Origin: Takakia lepidozioides | Lineage: Eukaryota > Plantae > Bryophyta | NCBI GenBank assembly: GCA_030704615.1 | Contig: CM060732.1 | Span: forward strand, 11,222,001 to 11,286,000 | DNA length: 64,000 bases | Direction: 5' to 3' | Shown here: in pieces, positions 51,226-62,760 of the stretch | How the letters are laid out: each line of letters starts with the position of its first letter | How positions within the stretch are numbered: the stretch's first letter is position 1 | The notes under the pieces: model-generated | Seen by the model: only the letters and a program-made list of their open reading frames with translations | What the model was told of the DNA's origin: nothing | The model's database searches: none | Position numbers and translations under genes: made by a program

Positions 51226-54200
51226 TTACTCACATGAAAAGTCGTTGTCGACCTGCTTATCTTCGGGATCGTCATCATTTCGAATTTGAATCCGATCAGT
51301 CTGTGTGCCTGAAGTGGAGCCAGACAAAAGGGGGAGGAGCACTGTGTTGTAGAGGTCAGAATCACCCTCCATGCCAAAAAGGCTTCTTCCGCCTGCCTTG
51401 CATGCATGGTAAGTTGCTCCTGCACCAGACAGGAGGACATGAACAGTTTGGTGGGGGGGATTTAAGCAGATGAAACTGTTGAAAGAAAACCAATTCGGAA
51501 GGGAAAGAACGAACCTGTGGACACAGAAAGATCGACCACCCGTGCAGAGCGGTGGCTGCATGACTCCAGCAGTATTTGCATGAACGCTGGGGACTTTTCC
51601 TTTGCACCTCTCCAGGGAGTGCCATCTGGTCTCTTTAGAGTCTGACTGGACTGCATGAAGTTGTACAAAATGTCATCGACATGGGCTCATAGGGGGGGTT
51701 GACGAAACAACCCTGGTCAGAAATCTCAAAGCTGCGGATGGAGGATGGTATCTTTGAGGTGCGAATCCTCCGCAGGCAGATCGCCTCGAACATCCTCGTC
51801 TGCCAAAGATAGCAGGTTAGTGTGGTAAACACAATCTATAGTGGAAGTGTGTACATCGGCTATTCAGAACTCAGACACAAAAAAATCATTTTTATCACGA
51901 ATCGGTGATAATCGGTGTCGATCATAACAGATTCTACTAGAGTGGAGCTGCAGAGAACATTGAAACTCATCATGAAAGCACAAGCAGAAGGGAGACGGCA
52001 TACCAGCTGACCAGGGAAACCCCTTTCACAAGGTAGAGGCTGTTCACACAATTCCATGTGCGCAAAACTTCAAACCCTGAAGACTTGAGGTATGATGCCA
52101 ATGCTCGACGACTATCATTGTCACATGACTGAAAAAGCAGAAGTGTCCCTGCATTAGAGAGGAAGTTATTACAAAACCCGAACACCCAACTCCAGTAGTT
52201 GTCCTCAAATTTGTTCCAGCCTGGCGTCTTGCCCTTTGGAAGAACTTATGGCACAGTCTGGCCATCCGGGATGTCGAGAATGACAATGTCGGCCGCATAA
52301 GTTTTCTGCACACCGCACACGAAGGTGGGACCTGTGCTCACCTGCAACAGACATGTTTTTTATAAGAACGATGGCAAGAATGTTTTCAAAGAACGAGACT
52401 GAAATACTGCCAACGAAACTTTCAGAGAAAAAGGAAAGAAACTGGAATTCTCACCAGATTGAGGAATGAGATTATATTGTCCCAGGTAGGCGAAGGCACC
52501 CCAGTGTATCCTCTTTTTCGACTCTACATCATCGCCAGCCAACCCTCATTAACAATTTTCATCTCTCCTGCCGAATCAGAACGGGAAGGGTGTGGCTTGG
52601 CATCGAACACGCACTGAACAGTGCAGGTATATCTTCCAGCAGTAAAGTCCTGCCCACTCTCCATCTCCTTTTCTTTCTCCTTCCCCTTGTCCTTTTCCTT
52701 CTCTTTGGACTTGTCTTTGTCCTTTGGCTTTGCTGGTGAGATGGCTATGACATCAACAGCCTTGTCTTTTGGTTTGCGGCCCGCCTTCTTTCCCTTCTGC
52801 GGCGTTCCCTGAGCATCAGGCTCCTTGGCAGCCAATGTTGCTATGTTTCGTTGGTACTCTTTGTCAGTCAAAGGCGCCAGCATCTCAGCGTTATTGTTCA
52901 AGTATTTCATATGCTGTTCTTGAAAGGTCGTGTGCTCCGGTGGGCAGTCAAGGTACCACCCACAGTCTCTGAAGTGAGAAGGACTCCAGTCCTTCAATAT
53001 CCCTGCAGTATACATGGTTGGATCGTTTGCAGGGTCCGACCACATGTCAAGATAGTCTGGAATTCCGCTCAGGTGATTTCCTTCCATAAGCACATATTTC
53101 GTGTACCTGGAAAAAAGGAGATAAATCCCAACCCACAAAAGCGCTCAGTGAGTAAGATGCAAGTAGAACAGAATGAAAAAAAACATAGATTGAAATGGCT
53201 CTGAGAACTGCTCCAAGGACCTTTCAGGACACAGACATAGAAGTGAATGTCGTCAACGACATTCACTTTGGATTTGTGAATACACTCCTAATCAAGCCTA
53301 ATTATTCCTCAAATGAAGCAACATCAAAGGATGGAAATCATAAACTCGAGTAAGGAACCCTCCCGGAAAACTCAATGCACATTTATAACGAACATATCAC
53401 TGAGGACCTCACAACAACACTGTATGTGAATGACGTCAACGCCATTCACAAAAATACCAACAAGGAACCAATTACTTAGCTCCCAATCCATGTAAATTCA
53501 AATTGTCGCTGGTGAATAATACAGACACAGAAGTGAATGTCGTCAACGACATTCACTTTGGATTTCTCATAACAGAGCTTATCAAGCCTCCAGATTCTTC
53601 GCAAGAGGCAAAAACAATGCAGAACAACTAAATGTCTGCATTGACATTCAGCAAAATGAAGTGAGGAACCCTCACTGTAACCTCTATGGACATTACAAAA
53701 ATTTACATAACTCTGAGGACCTCTCAACAACTCCGGATGTGAATGTCGTCAACGCCATTCAAGGACATTATCAATTCTAATCAGGGACACTATAATTACA
53801 CCCTTAGATCCTAACCAGGTGAATTCATATACTCGCTTAAGAATGACTCAGACAAAGAAGTGAATGTCGTCAACGACATTCAATCTGGATCTATGATTGC
53901 AATCCTTATGAAGCCACATTTTTTCCCAAAAAAAGCAGTAGAGTTTCAAGTATGACATTGCACCTGTACACAACTCGCATCATGGCCCACTCTCCTCCAA
54001 CCTGACTGTCAAAGTCGTTGGACCGTAAAATGTTACCATCTTTGGAGAACTCCCGGAAAAAACAGTATCTCTAGGTGAGACCTCTCCACTTCCTTATGTA
54101 TGCCTCCAATAACATTTGGGGAGGGGAAACAATCGAAATGTTCAGGTCCTTCAAAGTCTGATACAGCACAATGACGGCGCGCTTTTCGAGCTGCAAATTG

Positions 54201-55442
54201 TATATTTGTCAGAATTGCAAATAAGATACTCATCACATACTTGAAGAGAAGAAACAGCATGTTTGAATACACACCTGACTCCAAAATGTAGCCTTGTGGA
54301 GCCAGTTATCAAACACCAAATCACTGATTCCTTCCACCTTTGTGTCAGGCTGTATGGTGCTCTTTGGGAACTGATTCAAGTCCTTTACTGTTTGATCTGA
54401 GTTCCATATCTCCAGCCACCTTATTTTTGTTTGTGGGTCGACCATCGATATGGCCAGCTGGTGCAATTTCTCTTGCTGCATCTCCGGATGCACATGCTTG
54501 TCATAATGTGTTTTGATTTGCTGAAGGAACTCAGAACCAAGTCCAGGATCTACTATTCTAAGCTGCTTTCCGAAGGCGGACATCAATTTGGTTCTTCGCA
54601 TTTCAAACTCATTCTTTATTGCAGCTTCCACACCCTTTGATGTCCTTAGTTCCTCTGGTGTAGTGCGGTAATATTCGGATTTTCCCTTCTCAGCTGCCTC
54701 TGCCAGTTCTTGCTGCATTGATTCAAGTAGTGATTAACACCGAAGGGACTACAAACATGTATTCGAAAAGTAAATTGAGTACAGACTCGGGCTTACCGCA
54801 TACATGTACTCCAGAAACGCCTCTCGTGTCAAAGAATACCAAGTGCCTGCAGCTCTTCCTGTTTCGCGATATTGGGTGGGAGTACTGTCCAAAAATCATC
54901 CAGCTTCATCAGACCAATCCTCTGAATTCGGAATAGTGTGTGGACCAAGCTTGTTGTCACATGCGATTTCTCTGTCGATCTGCAAAAACATTGGAAACAT
55001 TGCATTCCTTAAACACTGTTTTTTGGGGATTAATAAGACACTACAGAGGGAATGAAATCTCCTGGATGACTTACTTGTTCACGTCGTGCATAGCTGTAAG
55101 AAGCCTAGCGATGTCGTTTCCAGGATCCAAAACCATTGCCTCCACAGCAACATGCTTGTCTTTGTCTTTCGCATGGTGTTTCTGAATGTATCCCATCCAT
55201 GCCAGCAATCGGTGGTTGCTGTCCCAGACGTAGAACATGTGGTTGCAGAATTGCTGGGTGTTCTTTCCCATCATGAGGCCCAGCTCGAACTCCTCATTGG
55301 CATCTTTCCAGCACTCATCCCAGTTATCACTGATCTCTGGAGACACTAATGTGCTTTTCCCATTTATATCCGTCAGTGACACATAAAAAACTTGTGCACC
55401 AAGTCTATATCCATGCACAAAATCACTCACCAATTTTGTTAT
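51226..55442 (-). pseudogene. Intron-containing gene with an N-terminal ParB/Srx-like motif and a C-terminal beta-class DNA amino-methyltransferase (N4C/N6A) domain; 5' truncated
   Basis: YVWDSNHRLLAW (~55200-55235); ADIVILDIPDG (DIPDG 52261-52275); FLSNAGTLLLF; WRGAKEKSPAFMQILLESCS..SARVVDLSVST-G-ATYHACKAGGRSLFGMEGD across GT-AG intron 51514-51420. Confidence 0.78.
53240..53885. repeat. Intronic palindromes TGAATGTCGTCAACGACATTCA (5 copies) within ~300-bp duplicated units
   Basis: Copies near 53245, 53427, 53535, 53740 and 53861. Confidence 0.9.
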
Positions 55443-55719
55443 GAAACTCTATTTTCTGTTTATATTTTTCCGCCCATAGGAGATCACAGAACGGGAGACC
55501 TCCCGTGATCCATTAGTGTTATTTGCATCTGTGGTGTGCATAGATTATATTTTGCACAATCCAAAATGTTTTGCGGATTCTCACTTAAGGGTGAGGCGAC
55601 TATAAGGGGAGATCTCCCGTCATCCTGCGGAGTGTTGACGCATTTGATATATTCATCTTTTCTACTTTTTTTGCTTCCCATTTTTTACTCGAGGGCATAA
55701 CAGGGGAGATCTCCCGTGG

Positions 55720-58700
55720 TTGAAGATGGTTACCACCTGTGGACAGTTGTCTGTCAGAGAAGCCGTGAATTTAATCCAACTTGTCGGCTCTCCAGTTCCC
55801 AGAAATTTCACTGAGAGTACATGTGTGAATACGACTGGAGAGGGATTTTGTTATGGCAGACGTCTCTCTAGTAGTTTAGTGAGCTTCATATTGAAAATCG
55901 TGATACATGGAGTGGAGTCAATTAGCTTGCCGTATTCACATCCAGACGCGGAGACTCTTGGAGAAGCCCTGGGGACACCGATTGTTTGGAAAGTTAGTGA
56001 AGTTGAGAAACTTATGCGAATGGAGGGTGAGGTATGCTTGTCCGATGCTGGAGCGAGCACGAATGTTTTGGAGGATACAATACAGAAGGACAATACAGAT
56101 GGTGTTGAAGGCGCAAGAACAAAAGTTTCACAAGAGACAACAAAAAAGAAGCGTGCCGAGTGTCAGAAAGACGCACATCATATATTCAGAAGAGATACTT
56201 GGCGTAATCAGATGTGCAATCTTCTCAATGACGAGATGGACGTCATCGCTGAGGGACGGGTTGTGGCGTGTCTACCTGACGAAGTTATTCTCGGTGAAAA
56301 CCTTGGGGATGAGCATGTCGGTGTAATTGTTACAGCTGTCTCTGGGTCAGCTCAGGATATGCTAATGACCATTACGAAATGGCGGCTTACACATACAAAA
56401 CTTCGAGACGGCCGAAAACTATCAAAGTTGCTCACAAAGTTTTATGAAGAGCACGAGTCAGACACGGAGGATGACCACCTCAAAGGAGTTAAGAAATCGC
56501 AGTATAAATGTTTGAAACGAGTTCGAAAGGGAGATGAGAACTCCAGGGGGAAGAAAATGATCCGACTCTTAAATTCGGAGTCAATTCAAGCAGTAAGCTC
56601 TGTGAGCTGTTGTGCTCGAAACTGTTGTCAACACTTCAGCTGGGAAAAAACTAAGGCTATCCGGAGTAAGTTCTTGGCATCTTCTTTTGATGCAAAGAGA
56701 GAGTTAGGGTTTGACATCCCACAACGACTACACCGACTACCAGGTTGTGGTCGTCATGCCTACCTTACAATGGAAGGAGTTGAGGTCTGTGAGAAGGCGT
56801 GGTGGACAATCCATGGGATCGGAAGATCAACGTACCATGGATACAAGAGGAAGAGTAATGATGGATACATCTCGTCAATGCATGGAAACAGAGGAATGAA
56901 GAAACCCCGAGCAAAAACCCTGCACGCCAAGGCGAATTTGTTATCGTTGATTTCCAGAAATAGTGACCTCATGCCTCATAAAATGAGAGGTATCGGCGAA
57001 GGAAGGCAAAATGTTCTGAAGTTGCTGCCGGTGGAGATGAATTGGAAGGTACTTAACCGACTGTCCAATGAGGTTGGATACTGCTTTCCAACCCAATCCA
57101 ATTCTGCCTATATAAATATTATTCTACTTTCAAGGAGCGTATGTCACAGGAGACCTCCCGTAATCATTTTGCTACGTGTGCTAATAGTTGATATCAAATC
57201 GTCAGCATAATAACCGATAGTCCATAGATAATCGTTCGGAGCGATTTTGTCCATCTATTTAAGAACGAAATTTTGTGTCTGTCGTTCTTTTTGCATCTAT
57301 CAAATTTTCATATCTCTTGGATGTAGATGTTGGAATATTCGATCTCAATTTCAATCTTCACGGGAGGTCTCCCGTCCCTAATAGAATACCAACTCTATAT
57401 ATTGTTGACAATTGGATCAGACGAACAAACGAATGGGCTTGAAGGAATTGTCGAAGTCTGGAATTAGCCGAATTCGAACGAAACTTTTTGGGAATGTTGA
57501 GGTTCAGAAACCTGGTGGAAAATTCGCGAAATGCACAGATTGTGAGATGTTCAAATATCTTATCCAGAAATCAGTCAGCGGAACTGAGGAGCAGAGAAAG
57601 CACAAAAGGAAATTTGAGAGACATTTGAAGCATCAGGAGTCATGTCGCAGGCTTTATCATAGTTGGCGAAATGAATGAACGATGATGGGTGAGGAGTTTC
57701 TGTGTATTATACATGATAAGATGGATCACTTGAAGACTGCGTTGCCCTGGCTCCTCGTAACAAACAAGATGACATTTGGTCTCGGTCAACTACCTATATC
57801 CTTAACAGGTATGGTGACTCATGGCCATGGTGACGGTGCTTATGCTCAGTTCACGAACGAGTTTTGGCCAAGTGATCATAACTTGACAATCAGCTCCTTG
57901 GCTCGTTGTCTTCGTGCTCTTGAGAAGCCCACATGTCGAGACTCAAGAGAAATTTTTGATCATCCAATGCAGAACTCCTTTTTCGAAACTATAATGAGGG
58001 GAAAGTCTTGATGTGAGAAAGCACTGAAGCCTAGGGTATCCCAAGGCCTTGTTCGAGCCAAGCCATTACCCCGTCGACTATACTTGCAAATGGACAATTC
58101 TTCAAGAGAGAACAAAAATCATTGGATGCTTGTTTTTTTATCACTCTTGACGTGTTTTTGAAGAGATCCAGCTTGGATTCCTGATGGTTGGTCACACCCA
58201 TGAGGATATTGATGCATACTTTAGTTATCTGTCAAAGAAGTTGAAACAGAAGAGCACATATATCCTTCCGGATCTCATGCGCCTCTTTATGGAGTCTTAA
58301 AACCTCATTTATCCCTCAACTGATACAGGAGGTCGCATACTTCAAGAAGTTTGTGGATGGATATATTATTGGTGGGAGCGATGTGCTAATCGGCACATCT
58401 GAAATGCACATCTTGAAGTTCTATGTGGATTGTGACGGTTGGCCTGTAATGAAGTATAAGAAATCGGCAACCAACGCTGACTGGCTTCCGAAGCAAGGTG
58501 CAATCAAAATGTGGAAGGTTGCTGAGGACGGGAGATCTCCCTTGCTACCCCAGGGGGTCTCGGAACCTGTTCCACTGCAGCCTATTTGGGGAATAAAGCC
58601 AGATGCCTGGGAAAAAAATGCCAGTATTGTAAATGGCCTTTCGAAGTACCACGAATTCTGGAGATTTGGGATGGAAATATCATGAAGAACTACGATGAGT

Positions 58701-58990
58701 ATTAAAAGGATGTTTTTATTGAACTTGGTAAGCCATTGCCTGAGCCAAAGGACAAGATGGAGGAGGGGTTTTGGCCTTCGACTCTGTGGAAAGATAACCA
58801 TGACAGAGATGGGATTAGGGTTGAAGGAGTCAGAGGAGGAAGATCGCAACCAGTTGGATCTCTATTGTGGGCCAAAGAGTCAGAGACCTAAAGAGCTGAT
58901 GAACCCATTCAAAGATATTGAAATTGGAAACTTCGTACTTGTTTGACCACCAGACACAGAGACATATCTAGTTTGGATGGGTGTGGCAAT
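55720..58990 (+). pseudogene. Sola-like (DUF7869-type) DDD transposase
   Basis: SCCARNCC; VCEKAWWTIHGIG; HGNRG; FAKCTDC; IIHDKMD; LYLQMDNSSRENKN; FLMVGHTHEDIDAYFS. Intron ~57074-57420; stops and frameshifts. The superfamily assignment is tentative. Confidence 0.75.
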
Positions 58991-60199
58991 CTCTGATGTT
59001 GTTTGAATGGTTGTACATTTTATTTGTTTCCGTCTAACGGTTCCACGCATTTCGTATGTCGGACTGCCGATTTCCCATGGTGGTTGATGGTTTTCTCCCT
59101 TACACATAGTGCTCGGGAGATGTCTCATGCTACAGTGACTTGACTATTTCTGATCACGATTATTATATTTTTCTTAGAGCTCATTGTCGAATATAGTAAG
59201 GATCCGCAAATATTTTCATTTTGTGAAGATGATGAGGATTTTGTCTGGTCCAAAACCTTCATATCTTCCTTTGCGGAATGTCATTCACTACTCCGATTTT
59301 AACGGTGACGCCTTATGACACCAACGTTCTAAATTGTATTTTTGCGATTGTGCTATTGATTTCAGTTGTAGCACGGGAGGTCTCCCCTTCTATGTCTCGA
59401 CGTCTGTTCGGCATTTCCTGGATTCTTATTTGGTATTCGGAGGTGACAAATAATTGTTGTCTTACCTTACAGTTTTAAATTCTGGATGACCAGTTCATGT
59501 GAATGTTTCTAGATCTTATTTTCTTTTGATTTGACGGCTCGACGCTTCTCGTATTGAGCACGGGAGATCTCCCCTGGTGGGGGGAGGTCTCAAATCACCT
59601 GTAGCAAGCTGACATTGTACTTGAAATTGTATTTGACATGGTATCTAACATTGTATTTGTCGGTTCAATGCATTTCGTTTGTTATTTCTTGTCCTCAATG
59701 TGACACAGATTTTTCTATCCCTTAAGTTTCAATAATTCAAAAACATTATTCCAATGTTTCCACCAATAATTTTGAATCACGACCCATTGTGGTTTTAAAG
59801 CTCTTACTTTGTTTCATATATGATATTGACATGCATTTGTTACGTTTTCACTGGAAAGCTCATCTCATCATCTCTCACCATTGACATGTAGTAATCAAAT
59901 GATTTGTTTCGCGTAAGATGCGAGAAACTACCTATCGAGTGCACGGGAGATCTCCCCTCTGTGATTATACTCACAAGCGATTAGATTCTCCTCAAATTCA
60001 ACATAGGTGTCTTGCTTGTCATTTATTTTGCAAAGGACGATGCTACTTTTCGGACCAATCCGGGAAAATCCAAAATTGTAAGCTTTAATGCATTGTTAAT
60101 ACTGAATATAGTATTTTTTTTCTATATTTATTAATTATTTACAATTATTTAACAGATGTCCAGATTTCATCCTTTTGTCCATATTTACTTAAATGGTGT

Positions 60200-62760
60200 T
60201 CTATATAGCTTTATGAAAAGACCTGGCAAGTGGGGTGATTGTGCAAATGGGTAAAACTGTCCCCAAGAGGAAAAAACAAAAGCTCGTAGAGCTAGATATA
60301 TTGACACAAAGAAAGAAATCAAACTATTCTAGTATCACCTACAGCCTGAAGAAGGTCAAACAACAGTAAAGAGAAAGGATCAGAGAGTGCCGGGAGGCGA
60401 GATGAAGCCGACCTGACAACCTCTGCCCGACGTAAAATAGATAGAGCTTGAGCTTTTTGCAGAACTACAGAAACTCGTTGTCTAAAGAAAGCTACAAGCA
60501 CAGAGGCGTTTGGGCTTCCAAGGCTTTTGTTTTCCGCAGTACAATGGGCACATGTGCGAAGGAAGTCGTTGAACTGATGATGCAAACAACCGAAGATCTC
60601 GACAACCAAAGGGAGGAATTTGTTTGTGGAGTGACGTGCTCGATAGTCGCGCTCCTTCCCCTGCGCAGCTACTAAAGCAACAACTTCCTGTGATGAGGCT
60701 GTGCGGGGAAGAAGATCCGACCTAGTAGGATCAGTGATAACAACGTCCGCCAATGTACGCAGTCCGTCGTGAGAGAGAACAATGTAACCCGTTGTCGAGT
60801 GGAATGGTAATCGTGGGTCGATGAGAGTACGTGCACATGCTCTCGAAGGACATGGACCCCAACATCGCGAGCAACCGCAGTTGCTGCATCCCGGACGAGG
60901 TCATGGGTCACAGTGCGTTCTCCACCGCAGGGGCAACGAAGAAGATGTACGCCGAGTGAATCGATAGGATGGCGACAAACACACTGTTGTAGTCCTAACA
61001 CAGAGGGATGCGGAAGACCTAGTCAAACTCGTAGGGAGGTGGTAAATACAGCAGAGGACATACGGAAGGGTGCAATGGTTGGTCGTACCATGAGCCACGC
61101 GCCTACTCCAGGCCCGGCGCATGAGAGAAGCCTAGTCCGTTGTGTATCTGAAGGAGCGTCGGAAAGCATGATGGAAAAGGAGTGTCGGCGCACGCGTTCC
61201 ATGATTGTATCGTGTAAGTGTTCCAGACCTTGAGTGACCAACTGTTCAAAAGGTGATAGACAAGCTTGTGCTTGTGTTGGGAGGAGATCCCGCACTGAAC
61301 GGAGATGTTGCTGGAAGGACAAAGAGCCATCGTCGATGTGGGCAACCATCTCCAAAGCTCGAGCGATTAAAGCCCAACTACCTAGGAATGCAGCAGGGGA
61401 AGTGATGACTGTGGATAGTAAACCCACTCCTCCATAAAAGATTGGGAGGGTACCTGACAACATGCCAAGGGGCCCTTCTCACTATCAAATGCACCTGGGC
61501 TTAATAGACGACCAAAAATCCCCCTAACAGTCATATCAAAATAAGATAGAAGCTCCAAAAACTGGGGAGTGAGGAAGAAACAACGCAAGAGATAAGAAGG
61601 TCGTTATAAAAAATATTTAATGAGCATGCCGTGGGCTACCTGCATATCCCTTAGTCTGGGAAGAAGCTCTATATGGCTTGTATCCTGTAGTAAAGCGTCT
61701 TGGAGGAAAGATGTTGTGTTGTGTAAGGGGTAGTACCAAAGGGAACACCTAACACTCAAATACCCTTAGATGGTGCTAGAAAGTCGGTAGGGGCAGGTGA
61801 CTAAACTGTGGATTTGTGAGGTTGAACAGTGAGCCCTAGAGAGTGGAGTTGGTAGCAAAGTGATGGAAAGCCAAGAGGATATCGCTAGGAGGGCCGGTGA
61901 TGTGGGTATCACCAGCAATAGAATGAAATATACAAGATTGGAAGGGTTGCGAAGATGAGTGAAGGATTGGGAAGTGAGCAAAAGCAAAAAGAGGTCCCCC
62001 TAATGGATCACCCTAACGCGTTCCTACTTCGGACTGGATTACAGTAAGATCTCCGATACGGGCGTGATGACTGTAAAACAAAAGGGTGGAGGAAGCATAA
62101 AACAATCTCACAAAGGAAATGAGTTGATGGTATGCGTTGCCGGCTAATCGCAATTCCTGAAATATTGCTGTTCTGGACACCGTGTTGAAGGCGTTGGTCA
62201 CATCCACCTGAAGGACGGCCCAGTCTGGATGAAGGTCAAGGGAAGCCCGAATCCCATGCACCACCGCTTCACAACCTCCCGGGGTAGCGAGCCAAACTGA
62301 TGTGGAGAGAAGTGAGAAGTAAAGATCTCCCGAAACCAAGCGATAGAGAACCTCCCCCACTGCAATAGAACGAATCCCTCCCGTGTTCTTGGACATGGCT
62401 AAGAGCCGTGCTGCTTCAAACAAATGTGCTATTGGGGTAGATATATATCCAATCGCAATGAAAGAACAAACTTGGAACAGCTCGGAAAAGCCACTAGCAG
62501 AATCATGTGGATTGAGACACTCACGGAGGTGTTCATACACCAATCCAGACAGACCGACTGGACATATTTTGGAGCAACTCCTTGCAGTTGTTCTGTAACA
62601 TCAGTAGAACTCCACCATGCACATTGCATTTTGAAAGCATGCTCAAGAGATTTCTGAGGGAAAAACATATGGTGATTGTAGCTTGCTGGTTAGTACAAAA
62701 GGTTGCAGGCACAAAAACACTGCAAGGTGTCTCCTTGGATTTATGGACAGACACCAGTAA
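60200..62760 (-). mobile_element. CRE-clade non-LTR retrotransposon (RT, CCHC, restriction-like endonuclease), decayed
   Basis: IRSIAVGEVLYRL; GGCEAVVH; VDVTNAFNTVSR; GTR*GDPLG; LGVPFG; CVC...HLLRC...HD; ADVVITDP; FLPLVVEIFG. Confidence 0.9.

Noticed and set aside
51226-55442. Bacterial or phage contamination, or a restriction-modification system
   Set aside because: Spliceosomal introns interrupt the MTase motifs, the flanks are plant TEs, and no cognate nuclease is visible.
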